Shown here one piece after another: positions 1 through 9,808 of a stretch of DNA of 44,072 nucleotides. The position numbers were made by a program, and so were the translations under genes. Position 1 is the stretch's first letter. Each line of letters opens with the position of its first letter. Under the pieces are notes generated by a model, which worked only from the letters and a program-made list of their open reading frames with translations, had not been told where the DNA came from and did no database searches. Where the stretch lies: assembly GCA_036011265.1 (NCBI GenBank), contig DASCNB010000008.1, positions 1 to 44,072 on the forward strand. Reading direction: 5' to 3'. The DNA comes from Nitrospinota bacterium (GTDB taxonomy: Bacteria > Nitrospinota > Nitrospinia > CAJXCL01).

Positions 1-340
1 AAGATTGTAAAATAGTTTCCATTGCTTCTGTTCGGTTGGACTCTAATTTTTTCTTAATAGCTTCAGAATCTCTATGGCTTGGTTTGGGAATCTTACATAG
101 ATTATCAACATAAAACCGGTATGCTCTATCGGTTGGTACCCTCCCAGCCGAAGGATGAGGCTGTTTTAAAAAGCCAGAATCCTCCAGATCTGACATGGCA
201 TTACGGATGGTAGCTGGACTTAAATCTCTAAGGTATTTCTTTGAAATAGTGCGCGAACCGACCGGTTCTGCCGTTGAAATAAAATGTTTCAGGACAGCTT
301 GAAGAATTTTTACGTTTCTTTCGTTTAATATTTTGGTCAT
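1..340 (-). CDS. hrcA: Heat-inducible transcription repressor HrcA, N-terminal 113 codons (the rest lies beyond the left window edge)
   Basis: Absent from the ORF track because it runs off the edge. My translation of the minus strand from the ATG at 338-340 gives MTKILNERNVKILQAVLKHFISTAEPVGSRTISKKYLRDLSPATIRNAMSDLEDSGFLKQPHPSAGRVPTDRAYRFYVDNL... This carries the HrcA winged-helix signature (PVGS, SPATIRN.M..LE..G.L..PH.SAGR.PT..AYR.YVD). Confidence 0.8.
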   Translation of the reverse strand, partial: MTKILNERNVKILQAVLKHFISTAEPVGSRTISKKYLRDLSPATIRNAMSDLEDSGFLKQPHPSAGRVPTDRAYRFYVDNLCKIPKPSHRDSEAIKKKLESNRTEAMETILQS

Positions 341-439
341 AGCTTTTTTTAAAATAGTCAATCTCCATCCCACAAAACGCCTTATTAAACAAAACTATCA
401 ACTATATTAAAAAATGTCAAGTTTTCTATATATGGATGG

Positions 440-1354
440 TTAAATAAGTTCCACTATTTCTTCTATTGTTTTTCTGAGAAGTTCTTTACCGCCAAAAGTC
501 ATTCCAAGGTTTCTAATTTTTTGCGTATCAATCTGGTTTTTTGGTCCTTTATTTAAATCTTCTATAATACAGTTGCTGTTTAAAATTTCTGAGGCGATTC
601 GAGCCACTTCCTGATCTGCAATATACATGTCGTAACAATTATATGTCTGCCCCGCAATTCCGTCTGATTGAAGAAGAAGGGAGACAGCTTTCGCCACATC
701 TGCGGCATGAATCTCTTTCCCTCCCGTTGCCACGGAGATTCGTCCGCCCTTTTTCGCCCGCTTGATTAAGTCAAACCATTTACTATGTTCCGGTGGATGT
801 GTTAGACCGTAAATTCCTGTTGGTCTTACGGCGCAGATGTTCCAGGCCTCTCCATAACCAAAACTGTGGACAAATTTTTCAACAGAAGCCTTATAGGATC
901 CGTAGTGAGATAGTGACCAGAGAGGATGCGTTTCATCGAGAGGCCGATCAGCGAGGATGACTTCATGAACCGCACAGGTGGAAATGAAAATAAACCGATC
1001 TATCCCGATTTCCTTTGACATGTTCATTAAAGAAAGAGATCCCATCAGGTTTAACTGCAAAAATTCCATGAGGTCTTTTCCGGGATTTGCTCTAAATTGC
1101 AATCCTCTTGGACGGGCCAGAGCCGAATGGACAATGGCGTCCATTCCTCTGATTAACCTTTTTTGACTTCCCTGATCACCGAGATCACCTTCAACCCACT
1201 CCACTTTCCCGCTCAAATCTTCAAGGCCGCTTGTATCACTGTTAAAGCGCTTCCAGCATCGGCAGATATGGCCTTCTTTAACAAGTTGTTTCAGTATATA
1301 TCTTCCTAAAAAACCTGTGCCCCCGGTTATCGCTATTTTCATATTTTCTCTCAC
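440..1354 (-). CDS. NAD-dependent epimerase/dehydratase (extended SDR family), nucleotide-sugar modifying
   Basis: Rossmann motif MKIAITGGTGFLG and catalytic YxxxK (YGSYK). The likely true start is the internal ATG at 1342 (MKIAITGG). Confidence 0.8.
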   Translation of the reverse strand: MRENMKIAITGGTGFLGRYILKQLVKEGHICRCWKRFNSDTSGLEDLSGKVEWVEGDLGDQGSQKRLIRGMDAIVHSALARPRGLQFRANPGKDLMEFLQLNLMGSLSLMNMSKEIGIDRFIFISTCAVHEVILADRPLDETHPLWSLSHYGSYKASVEKFVHSFGYGEAWNICAVRPTGIYGLTHPPEHSKWFDLIKRAKKGGRISVATGGKEIHAADVAKAVSLLLQSDGIAGQTYNCYDMYIADQEVARIASEILNSNCIIEDLNKGPKNQIDTQKIRNLGMTFGGKELLRKTIEEIVELI

Positions 1355-1426
1355 AATAGATGATATTATAATATGATCTTTATTTTATGGAAAATTTTTT
1401 GACCCGCATTAATTGCATATTATACT

Positions 1427-1543
1427 ATGATTGATTTATCAATAATAATAGTTAATTCTAACGCTAAAATCTGCCTTAAATCCTGCCTTCTGTCCTTTTA
1501 TCAAACGATTAATTCCATTAGTTACAAAGTGTTCAAAGATTAA
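1427..1543 (+). pseudogene. Relic of the 5' end of a GT2 glycosyltransferase gene (38 codons then TAA)
   Basis: My translation is MIDLSIIIVNSNAKICLKSCLLSFYQTINSISYKVFKD*. It aligns residue for residue with the N-terminus of the intact GT2 at 3232 (MTDLSIVIVNYNAKGFLEACLQSIYETVESIKFEVLVVDN), about half identical. The upstream leaders also share strings (aatagatgatatt, tattttaYgGaaa, catatWatactatg). The stop at 1541-1543 lies 3 nt before the ATG of the next gene. Confidence 0.7.
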
Positions 1544-1546
1544 CTT

Positions 1547-3040
1547 ATGAAAGACAAATTGAGACAACCTTTAATAATTTCTGGGTTTTTAATAATTGGT
1601 TTTGTGTTTCGCCTTTATCCCCTTAAGTATAAAAATATTATCAACCCGGACGGTGTCTGGTACATAAATCAGGCAAAGGCTATTTTAGACGGAAACTTTG
1701 AGCTTGCTTTGAGCTGTGGATACAAGTTTATTTCCATATATCATTTGCTAATTCCGGTTTTTTATACTTTTTCAGAGAATTGGATAACGGCGGCAAAATC
1801 CGTCTCTATCCTTTTTGGAACTCTTACGATTATTCCGTTTTACTTAATCGCACGACAGTTTTTCCGTGAATCAACGGTTTTTTTAGCAACCCTGGCATTT
1901 ACGATCAATCCGTTTCTAGTATCGCACAGTGAGGACTTAATAAAAGGACCCATTTTCTGGTTTTTTGCCCTATATGGAATCTTTTTTTTCATTAGTGCTA
2001 TTAACCAGAAAGGTAAAGATAATTTTTTAATATTAAGCTGCATATTTTTTCTGATTGCTGGATGGGCCCGTTTTGAAATTATAATTTTCTTTATTGGTTC
2101 AGTCCTGTATATATTTATTTTTGGAGGAGAAAAATTAAAGAAACTCTTTTTCTTTTGTCTCCCTCTAATCGTTTTGTCTCTTACAGTCGTCACAGGTATG
2201 CTTATTTACAATGAAGATTTTACCCTATGGACATTTTACCTGGAGCCAAGGTTGGTAACGTTTTTCAGGGATCTTTTAGATAGTTTGCTGAATGTCAATA
2301 TTTTAGAAAAATCGTTTCTTGCTGTATGGTCAATCCTATTGAGGCTAACAAGAGTTTTCTACGCGCCTTTAGTTTTTTTGCTGATAGCGATTGCGGTTAC
2401 TAAAAAAGAACTACAGCGAAACCGTAATTTCAGCTACTTTATCCTTTTAGCCTCTTTGTCCTTTGTCGCAGTATTTCTTTTTTACTTAAAAACTGAAACC
2501 ATGGTGGACAGGTATGTTGCCATTATCATGCTTCCCGCTTTTATTTTTATTTGTACCGGCATCGAAGAACTCATAAGGCATTTAAAAGCTAAGGGTTTCA
2601 ATGATAAAAAAGCTATTGGAACAATTTTTTTATTTATTGTCCTTACGGTTGTTATTTTCCCTCACAATCTTGTTCATAAAAGGAAAGACCAGTTAGTATA
2701 TGAAGAGATAGGCAATTACATTGCCCGGTTGGAAAAAAATAATCTTGTTAAAATCATAGCCCCTGATGCGAGAGTGTCGCTCTTTGCTAATCTCTATTCC
2801 GGTGGAATTGAATGCGCTATGAACAATTTAGAAAAGTATAATTTTCTCGTTAAAATGAACTACCAGAATCTCGTTTTATCTTTAAAAGAAAATAAAATTG
2901 ATTATTATTTATGGGAAGAAGGCCAATGGAGTGATGCGGATTATAATTTTTTGGCTGAAGCAAAGTCAGAGCATTTTCAAGGAATAATGAACTGGAATAC
3001 AAAAGATAGAACACTTGCGTTATTCAGGATTAAACAGTAA
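1547..3040 (+). CDS. Polytopic membrane glycosyltransferase, GT-C fold (ArnT/PMT-like, GT39/GT83-type)
   Basis: 497 aa with many TM helices. An early loop motif NPDGVWYINQAKAILDG sits after TM1, as in ArnT/PMT_2 proteins. The C-terminal ~130 aa look soluble. Confidence 0.6.
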   Translation: MKDKLRQPLIISGFLIIGFVFRLYPLKYKNIINPDGVWYINQAKAILDGNFELALSCGYKFISIYHLLIPVFYTFSENWITAAKSVSILFGTLTIIPFYLIARQFFRESTVFLATLAFTINPFLVSHSEDLIKGPIFWFFALYGIFFFISAINQKGKDNFLILSCIFFLIAGWARFEIIIFFIGSVLYIFIFGGEKLKKLFFFCLPLIVLSLTVVTGMLIYNEDFTLWTFYLEPRLVTFFRDLLDSLLNVNILEKSFLAVWSILLRLTRVFYAPLVFLLIAIAVTKKELQRNRNFSYFILLASLSFVAVFLFYLKTETMVDRYVAIIMLPAFIFICTGIEELIRHLKAKGFNDKKAIGTIFLFIVLTVVIFPHNLVHKRKDQLVYEEIGNYIARLEKNNLVKIIAPDARVSLFANLYSGGIECAMNNLEKYNFLVKMNYQNLVLSLKENKIDYYLWEEGQWSDADYNFLAEAKSEHFQGIMNWNTKDRTLALFRIKQ

Positions 3041-3231
3041 CCTTTTATTCCCTTTGTGATAGATTTATTTTGGAAGTTTTCATTGATTGGCTTTTACCTG
3101 CTTTTTGTTTCAGGAAATGTCTCTATAAAAACCAAGTAACGTCGATGATCGATCTTTTCATATTTCCTATGGGAATAGATGATATTTATTTTACGGGAAA
3201 CTTATAATCAGCATTAACGACATATAATACT

Positions 3232-4167
3232 ATGACCGATTTATCAATAGTTATAGTTAATTACAACGCAAAAGGCTTCCTCGAAGCATGTCTCCAATCG
3301 ATTTATGAAACTGTTGAATCAATCAAATTTGAGGTGCTCGTTGTTGATAACAACTCCTCTGAAAAAATAGAAGGTTTGATGAAAGGAAAGTTTCCAGATG
3401 TAAAGCTTTTTTTGAACAATTCCAATGAAGGATTTGCAAAAGCGAATAATAAGGCAATTAATAAATGTTCCGGACGGTATCTCCTTTTGCTAAATAACGA
3501 TACTATTCTTCTACCGGGTGCCGTTGATACGCTTTATTCTATCATGGAAAAATCACCTGAGGTTGCCATTCTTGGACCTCAAATTTTAACAGAGGGAAAA
3601 ACTATACAGGAATCTTTTTATAAAACCCCCAATCTTTTCTCCGAATTCATGAGGAAGAGTTTTTATAATAAAATCATTAAAAGTAAAAAAAGCTTGATAG
3701 GTAAAAGGTTGTATATTAAGTATCAAAAAGAACAGGAAGTTGATTGGGTAACCGGAGCATGCATGATGATTAGAAAAAAAGCCATTTTGGAAGCAGGGTT
3801 TTTTGATGAAAATTATTTCATGTACTTTGAGGATGCTGATCTATGCTGCAGAGTCAGGGGAAAAGGCTGGAAAGTAAAATATACTCCTTTAGCGAGGATA
3901 ATCCATTTTGGAGGCATGAGCAAAAGATCTAACGAAACAGCGGTTGCTAAAGAATATAGAGCCAGCCAACTCAATTTTTATAGAAAACATCACAATAAAT
4001 TTACATTTATTGTGTTAAAAACTTATCTGCTCTTAAAATACATGCATAAGGCAATTTCTTTCATGCTACTTTTTTTAATCAAAAAGAATAGTTTAGCAGA
4101 GTTAAAAGAAAACTTAACTGATTCAGGAGATATTTTTTGTTTTATACTGAAATATAGCTATGAATAA
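3232..4167 (+). CDS. GT2 family glycosyltransferase (COG1216 / rhamnosyltransferase-like)
   Basis: LSIVIVNYNAKGFLEACLQS, VVDNNSSE, NEGFAKANN and FEDADLC motifs. Its 3' end overlaps the convergent GT4 gene by 10 nt. Confidence 0.85.
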   Translation: MTDLSIVIVNYNAKGFLEACLQSIYETVESIKFEVLVVDNNSSEKIEGLMKGKFPDVKLFLNNSNEGFAKANNKAINKCSGRYLLLLNNDTILLPGAVDTLYSIMEKSPEVAILGPQILTEGKTIQESFYKTPNLFSEFMRKSFYNKIIKSKKSLIGKRLYIKYQKEQEVDWVTGACMMIRKKAILEAGFFDENYFMYFEDADLCCRVRGKGWKVKYTPLARIIHFGGMSKRSNETAVAKEYRASQLNFYRKHHNKFTFIVLKTYLLLKYMHKAISFMLLFLIKKNSLAELKENLTDSGDIFCFILKYSYE

Positions 4168-5261
4168 ACTTCTTTGTAAACCTCTAATGTTTTCTGAGCT
4201 GTTTTCTGCCAGGTGAAGAGTTTGGCCCTGTTTATCCCCTTCTTAACTAAGGCGTCCCTTAAGTTATTGTCGGAAAGTGTTCTTTTAATTTCATCGGAGA
4301 TTTGGTTAATATTTTCAGGATCGACCATTAAAGCAGCGTCTCCTGCCACTTCAGGCATGGATGAAGTGTTTGATGTAATCACCGGTATACCGCATGCCAT
4401 GCCTTCAATAATCGGAAGTCCGAACCCCTCGTAAGAAGAAGGAAACAAAATGAGTGAGGATGCCTGGTAAAGAGGAACCAGGTCGGCGTCTTTACTAATA
4501 TTTTTAATGGTCAAAAAATGACCGGGAGCTTTATGTCCTAAAACCTTTTCAATATGTTCTCTTGATATTCCTATCATAAAAATGGAGTATTCCGATCCAT
4601 ATTTTTTAATAAAAAGGTCGAATGCCTTAATAACGTTGGATGCATTTTTATGAGGTTTCTCATTTCCGATATATAAAATATATTTCCCATGGATAAAGTA
4701 TTTATTTTTAACCTCTTTTTTATGAAGATCATTAACCTGTTTTTCAAATTTTTCATCTACACCTCCGTATACAGAGTTGATTTTATCGCCGGAGACATTT
4801 AGAAAGCGAATGATATCTTTTTTAGAGTTTTCAGAGACAGTAATAACTCTGAACGATTTTTGAGCGGCTGTTTTAACTATAAGTTTGTAGTACAAATTTT
4901 TCAGCGGCGAATAATGTTCCGCTTGAATCAGATGAATCATATCATGAATTGTCATTACAACTTTACAGGGCGCAAATATTGGGGCAGAAAATGTTGGGGA
5001 ATGATAAATTTCAACTCCTTCTCTTTTTAGTATAAATGGAATTAGAAACTGTTCCTTCAGTGAGTATAGTTTTATGTTGCATTTTAAAAATCTAAAGTTA
5101 CTATTTTGTGTAACTGTGTTTAGTATTTTTTCTTCGTTGGAAAGGAGAAGGTATTCATTTTCCTTGTCAATTTCCGCCAGGGCAATAATAAGCTGATAAG
5201 CGTATCTCGTAAGGCCATGCATTTTATCCGAAATTACTCTTGCATCTATAGCTATTTTCAT
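4158..5261 (-). CDS. GT4 (GT-B fold) glycosyltransferase
   Basis: C-terminal EX7E-type region PSSYEGFGLPIIEGMACGIPVITSNTSSMPEVAGDAA, typical of GT1/GT4 retaining transferases. Confidence 0.85.
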   Translation of the reverse strand: MKIAIDARVISDKMHGLTRYAYQLIIALAEIDKENEYLLLSNEEKILNTVTQNSNFRFLKCNIKLYSLKEQFLIPFILKREGVEIYHSPTFSAPIFAPCKVVMTIHDMIHLIQAEHYSPLKNLYYKLIVKTAAQKSFRVITVSENSKKDIIRFLNVSGDKINSVYGGVDEKFEKQVNDLHKKEVKNKYFIHGKYILYIGNEKPHKNASNVIKAFDLFIKKYGSEYSIFMIGISREHIEKVLGHKAPGHFLTIKNISKDADLVPLYQASSLILFPSSYEGFGLPIIEGMACGIPVITSNTSSMPEVAGDAALMVDPENINQISDEIKRTLSDNNLRDALVKKGINRAKLFTWQKTAQKTLEVYKEVYS

Positions 5262-5507
5262 TTTTTATATTGAAATAATTTCAGAGTCTTGACTGTGTCA
5301 GGATATTAATGGAGGTAACTCTTATAGAGACCGTGTAGACTCTGTAGCAATACTAGGGTTTGCCTTCTTATTAGTGCTTGGATATTTTATTTAAGATGTG
5401 CTGCACCCCAAAAATCAAGCTGCAATTTTTATATTAGTTAATAGGTTTTGACTTTCAAACTAATCAGGTATTTTATAGTTTAAAGAAGAATGATGATAAT
5501 TATTCTT

Positions 5508-6594
5508 TCAATTATCGATCCAGATTTCAAATATCTTCTCTCTATTCCGAAGACCAATAGACTCTTTTACTTTAGCCATGTCCTCCCCCGGTGAGCCAAT
5601 AATAAAAAACAAAGTTATTGTAATAATCTAATTTTATAGCAGCCTCTAACGCTTCTTCTATAACGTTGATATCTACGCCTTTCTTGATATTCTTAAGAAC
5701 TTGTTCATTTCCAGATTCAATACCAAAAGCGAAATATTTAAAATCTGCTCGTCTCATTGCAGAAAGTATTTCTTTTTCCAGTCTATCGGCACAAATTCCA
5801 TTGTTACAGTTAAGCTCAATATCTTTGAAATCCTTCCGACAGATTTCATCACATATTTTTAAAACTCTCTCTTTGTTCAGTGTAAAGTTTTCATCCAAGA
5901 TACTTATCTGTTTAAAGCCCCGGTTGTACCAGTATGTATTCCTTCAACAACACTTTCGGCACTTCTCATCATATACTTTTGCCCTATAGACGTGATTACA
6001 GGACAATACGTACAATCGAAAGGACATCCTCTTGATGAAACAATACCAATTTCTTCTGTTACATATTTGCCGAGGGGAAATTTTTCAAATCTTGGAAAAG
6101 GGAAGCTGACAAGATTCCTCACAAACGGACTGGATTTACCAAAGTTAACATTTCAGTTTTTTCTATATATAAGCCCCGTTATGTTTTCATCCTCATCTCC
6201 CTCACATAACTCCAATAATGCATGCTCACCTTCCTGTACTATGCCATAATCGATCTCATGGCATTCTTCTAATACTTTTTCTCTCAGCGTTGAAATATGC
6301 GGCCCACCAGCCACCACTGTAACATCATTATATATATCTTTTACGCATTTGATTATATAATATGACCTCTTGTACATAAAGCTCATAAGACTTATGGCAA
6401 CAAGTCAGGCTTGAATGATGATAATTTGGTTTTGAGAGTATCCATATCGCATCCAGTTGCCATATCTAATACAACATACTCTATACCTTCTTCCTGAAGT
6501 GTCTGAGCAAGATAACCAATCCCTGCGGGGGTCTCACTCCAAAATATCTTACTTCGCAATCGGGAAACAATAACATTATTTTTTTATAATTCAT
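5508..6594 (-). pseudogene. Decayed cobalamin-binding-domain radical SAM gene (several frameshifts, one in-frame TGA, short C-terminus)
   Basis: Three track ORFs (6153..6386, 5904..6122, 5572..5898) plus untracked pieces read as one protein. The pieces are (M)NYKK/NNVIVSRLRSKIFWSETPAGIGYLAQTLQEEGIEYVVLDMATG...KPD / LVAISLMSFMYKRSYYIIKCV...VVAGGPHIS...GLIYRKN-TGA-NVNFGKSSPFVRNLVSFPFPRF...SSRGCPFDCTYCPV...AESVVEGI / YWYNRGFKQISILDENFTL...FGIESGNEQVL...NNFVF / IIGSPGEDMAKVKES...IWIDN*. The CxxxCxxC motif is intact. Confidence 0.75.
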
Positions 6595-7131
6595 ACCAAC
6601 CAAAACCCTTAAACAAATATGAATCTTATTATATTGATGATAACACTATTTAATTAATTCTTTAGCTGTTTTGCCAAAACTATATGTTGCAGCAGGAATG
6701 CTGGCAAAGGAGAACAGAGAAAGTAACTTTAACCATCTGATAGGCGATTCAAAAATGATTAATTATATTTCAAATTAAAAAAATCACAAAATTCTATTAA
6801 TTATAGTTTTTACCGCTGATGTCATTCTTTTGTAAGGTCGTTATTACATAACTAAAAGTGCTATACACGGTGATTCGGCTTACTATTTCTCAATTATTAG
6901 ATCTCTTGCTTTTGATAAATATTTTATTAAAAAAAACAGCATTACTGCAATGGCATTTCTTCATACACAAACAAAAGCAAAATTCCAATGATTTCCGTTA
7001 AAAATCCTGTTACGTGAAGAGTGCCTAATAAATACCCGGACGGAAGAACGATAGTACTTATTTCTCCTTTTTTAGCGGGGCATTTTTATCCATTCTACAG
7101 CAAAAAGTCGATTTTTATTTTTAAATTAGTT

Positions 7132-7246
7132 GAAATATACTTGTTAGTAACTTTTTTCGACCAGAAACGTACATTATCAGTATAATGCATAAAAAAAATG
7201 GGTTTAAAATTATTCTAAATGGGAAATATCAGTTAGTAACTTTTGT
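7132..7246 (+). repeat. Two copies of a ~24-nt imperfect direct repeat (7132..7157 and 7223..7246) in the leader of the 7295 gene
   Basis: gaaatatacttgttagtaactttttt versus gaaatatcagttagtaacttttgt, with starts 91 nt apart, bracketing a TATAAT at 7181-7186. Confidence 0.5.
7157..7186 (+). promoter_or_regulatory. Candidate sigma70-type promoter (-35 TCGACC, 18-nt spacer, -10 TATAAT)
   Basis: Hexamers read directly from the sequence, about 110 nt upstream of the GTG at 7295. AT-rich DNA produces many chance matches. Confidence 0.25.
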
Positions 7247-7294
7247 TGCTTTGTAAGACAAAAAATAAGTTTAAAAGGACCAATCGTAAGACAC

Positions 7295-8716
7295 GTGAAT
7301 AAAGACCTTAAAAAAAATGTTTTTTTTATATCGAGTTTTGTTCTCTACCTTGGAATACTGCTGTTAATTATGCAATTACGAAGCGATGGCTATTACCCCT
7401 TTCCAAAAACTTGGCCGGAGGATAGACTGCTATTAATTGTTTTACCCCACACCATACTTCTCGCTTTGTTCATTATCCGCTATGCCTTCCTGTTGGTCAG
7501 CCAAAGTGAAATTAAAACATTTCCAATCAAGAAAAAATGGGGGTATATCTTTTTCGGGACGATTCCGTTGATTGCCATGGTGCTCATTTGTAAATTACAT
7601 ATTATGCAGGCTGATTACTTCAAACCGGTTGGATATACAATGGACTTCGAAATTCTCTTTGCTTTTGTCGGATTGGCGATTTTTCCTATGCTGGGATATT
7701 GGTGTTATGTATTGATTAAAAAAAGATTTTTCCCGGCTCTTTTTTTGATGGGAGTTCTACTTAGTAGCATTATCTTGAAGTTCATACCCCTTTTTCTATT
7801 CCCAATAACGGCAAAACGTTCGGATTTGTTGCCCATTGTCGAAGAGGCGGCCAAAAGCATTCTTAGAGGCGAACATATTTATAGATACTACTTACTCGAT
7901 AATAATATCATGACGCAAAATGTCCGATTGTTCGGATTGGTATTTTTATTTTTACCTGCCGTAATTTTTCAGTTGGATATCAGATTGACAACGATTTTTT
8001 TTGAATTTGTTATGTTTTTAACAATTTTTTTTTCTATCCCCAAAACTCATCGGATACAAGCTGGCCGGCAAACGACAATCATTTTATCTATATTATTTTT
8101 TGCTTTTCTCCCTTATTGGCATTATCGCCACGAATTATATGAAATACCCTTTTGGTTTTTGACGTTTTTAACACTACTTTTTTTGAATAGGAAAGCTTTT
8201 TGGCCTGCTTTTCTACTAACTGGGCTAATGATTGGAACCCATCAGTGGGGATGGTTGTTTGCTCCATTCATACTGATTCACATCTTTTTGCACAAAGGGT
8301 TAAAGCATTCCTTGCTAGGGGGGATGATAGCGGTTTTGTTAGGCTGGGCAATAATTATGATGGGGAGCGGCTTACATTGGCATGAATTCTATCAGCACAT
8401 TTTCGGAACATATGAAATAACTTTGCAGGTGAGGGTTAATACGTTGAGTATGTATTTTACTCCCTTTTTCTTGAAAAATAATCTGACATTTCTGCTTCAC
8501 CCTATACAGCTTACCATCCAGATATTTTTGATGGTATTGGTATTTAAAAAAGGAGATAAAACGGAATCCTTAGCAGGCATTCTGGCTCTTTCGTTAACGG
8601 GGATGTTGTTGTTTAATGTCGTTGCCTGGACCTACCAGTATCTTTTGGTTTCGTTCCTTTTATTTCTCGGGACGTATTTCCGTAGTATACGCGAGGCAGA
8701 GGAATCGTTATTTTAA
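7295..8716 (+). CDS. Polytopic membrane protein, probable GT-C-type glycosyltransferase (DUF2029/GT87-like loop motif). An O-antigen ligase/polymerase-type role is an alternative.
   Basis: 473 aa with at least 12 predicted TM segments by eye. The loop RSDLLPIVEEAAKSILRGEHIYRYY resembles the sD...eaa..ll.G..iY motif of DUF2029/PimE-like enzymes. The GTG start is uncertain. Confidence 0.45.
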   Translation: MNKDLKKNVFFISSFVLYLGILLLIMQLRSDGYYPFPKTWPEDRLLLIVLPHTILLALFIIRYAFLLVSQSEIKTFPIKKKWGYIFFGTIPLIAMVLICKLHIMQADYFKPVGYTMDFEILFAFVGLAIFPMLGYWCYVLIKKRFFPALFLMGVLLSSIILKFIPLFLFPITAKRSDLLPIVEEAAKSILRGEHIYRYYLLDNNIMTQNVRLFGLVFLFLPAVIFQLDIRLTTIFFEFVMFLTIFFSIPKTHRIQAGRQTTIILSILFFAFLPYWHYRHELYEIPFWFLTFLTLLFLNRKAFWPAFLLTGLMIGTHQWGWLFAPFILIHIFLHKGLKHSLLGGMIAVLLGWAIIMMGSGLHWHEFYQHIFGTYEITLQVRVNTLSMYFTPFFLKNNLTFLLHPIQLTIQIFLMVLVFKKGDKTESLAGILALSLTGMLLFNVVAWTYQYLLVSFLLFLGTYFRSIREAEESLF

Positions 8717-8798
8717 CATGGATGTATAAAGTTAGCAGGCAGAAAATATGCAACTATATAACGTCAGTAAAAAATTATAATATCAAATAGAATTTTTT

Positions 8799-9773
8799 TT
8801 AAAAATACCATTTTTCTAAGTTGGCAGTTTTAATTTTTTTCCTTTTTTGTATTTTTTTTCTTTTTCTTAAAAACATTGGAATCTGCTTTATGAAAAGCAA
8901 AAAACCGATAATTGATACTTGTTCTCGAAACATATATTTTAATATTCTAAAAAATTCAACAAAAATAATTAAAGGAAGGTATTTTAAGAAAATAATGAAA
9001 GGCTCATTTTTTAAATAGATTAGATACCGGTTTCTGCTTGAATAGATCCTTAATATTATCTGATTTTCACCTTTGCTACCTCCCCGATAATGATATGCAA
9101 TTGCGGAAGAGACATACATACTTTTCCATCCGAATAAAACAGATCGCCATGCCAAATCGACATCTTCGAAATAGCAAAAAAAATCTTTATCAAAGTATTC
9201 TCCACAAATTTTAATATCGTTAAGCATTTTTCGTCGATAACAGACAGCGGCGCCGTTGATTCCAAAGACATGTTCTGATTTATTATACTGTCCCGTATCT
9301 TTTTCCAGCATACCTCTATCTGTCGGTCTGCGAATACTATTACACAGCACTAAACCGGTAGAGTCTATTACATTGCTTTTGGGTTCGGAACCGCAGAAAC
9401 GAAGCAGCTTGCCGCCAAATGATCCTGTATCTTCATGTTTGCAAGCCTCCTTGATTATGTTTTCGATAAATGTTTTGGTTAAAACCACATCCGTGTTCAT
9501 TATTAAAACCATATCCCCATTTGTATTTTCTATTCCCTGGTTTGCGGCAAATGCATAGCCCTTGTTTATTTTATTTTTTATGAGACGCGTATGGGGAGAA
9601 TATCTTTTAAATAAAGCAACGGAGCCATCGGTAGAGGAATTGTCTATAAATAGTAAATCAAAATGTTTGAAAGTTTGTCGTTTAAGGGAATTGATACAAT
9701 TTTTTATAAAAAGAGCGCTGTTCCAGTTAATAAGAACAATTGATAGCAAAGGAGGGTCAGAAAGATGAATCAT
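8799..9773 (-). CDS. GT2 family glycosyltransferase (COG1216-like)
   Basis: LSIVLINWNSALFIKNCINSLKRQTF, FIDNSSTDGS, NKGYAFAANQG and FEDVDLAWR motifs. Confidence 0.85.
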   Translation of the reverse strand: MIHLSDPPLLSIVLINWNSALFIKNCINSLKRQTFKHFDLLFIDNSSTDGSVALFKRYSPHTRLIKNKINKGYAFAANQGIENTNGDMVLIMNTDVVLTKTFIENIIKEACKHEDTGSFGGKLLRFCGSEPKSNVIDSTGLVLCNSIRRPTDRGMLEKDTGQYNKSEHVFGINGAAVCYRRKMLNDIKICGEYFDKDFFCYFEDVDLAWRSVLFGWKSMYVSSAIAYHYRGGSKGENQIILRIYSSRNRYLIYLKNEPFIIFLKYLPLIIFVEFFRILKYMFREQVSIIGFLLFIKQIPMFLRKRKKIQKRKKIKTANLEKWYF

Positions 9774-9808
9774 ATAATGATAATTCTGCGTGGCAGAAGG
9801 TTAAAAAA

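Noticed and set aside
341-439. A CIRCE operator (TTAGCACTC-N9-GAGTGCTAA) expected upstream of hrcA.
   Set aside because: No such inverted repeat is present in the 99-nt spacer. hrcA may be transcribed from further upstream together with the SDR gene, or be regulated differently.
6900-7080. Minus-strand frame ...EISTIVLPSGYLLGTLHVTGFLTEIIGILLLFVYEEMPLQ*, vaguely like the C-terminal TM/GEY..RIYEE end of membrane-anchored GT2 lipid-sugar synthases.
   Set aside because: The similarity is limited to a YEE and a hydrophobic stretch, and no upstream GT2 catalytic remnants could be traced. It is too weak to call a relic.
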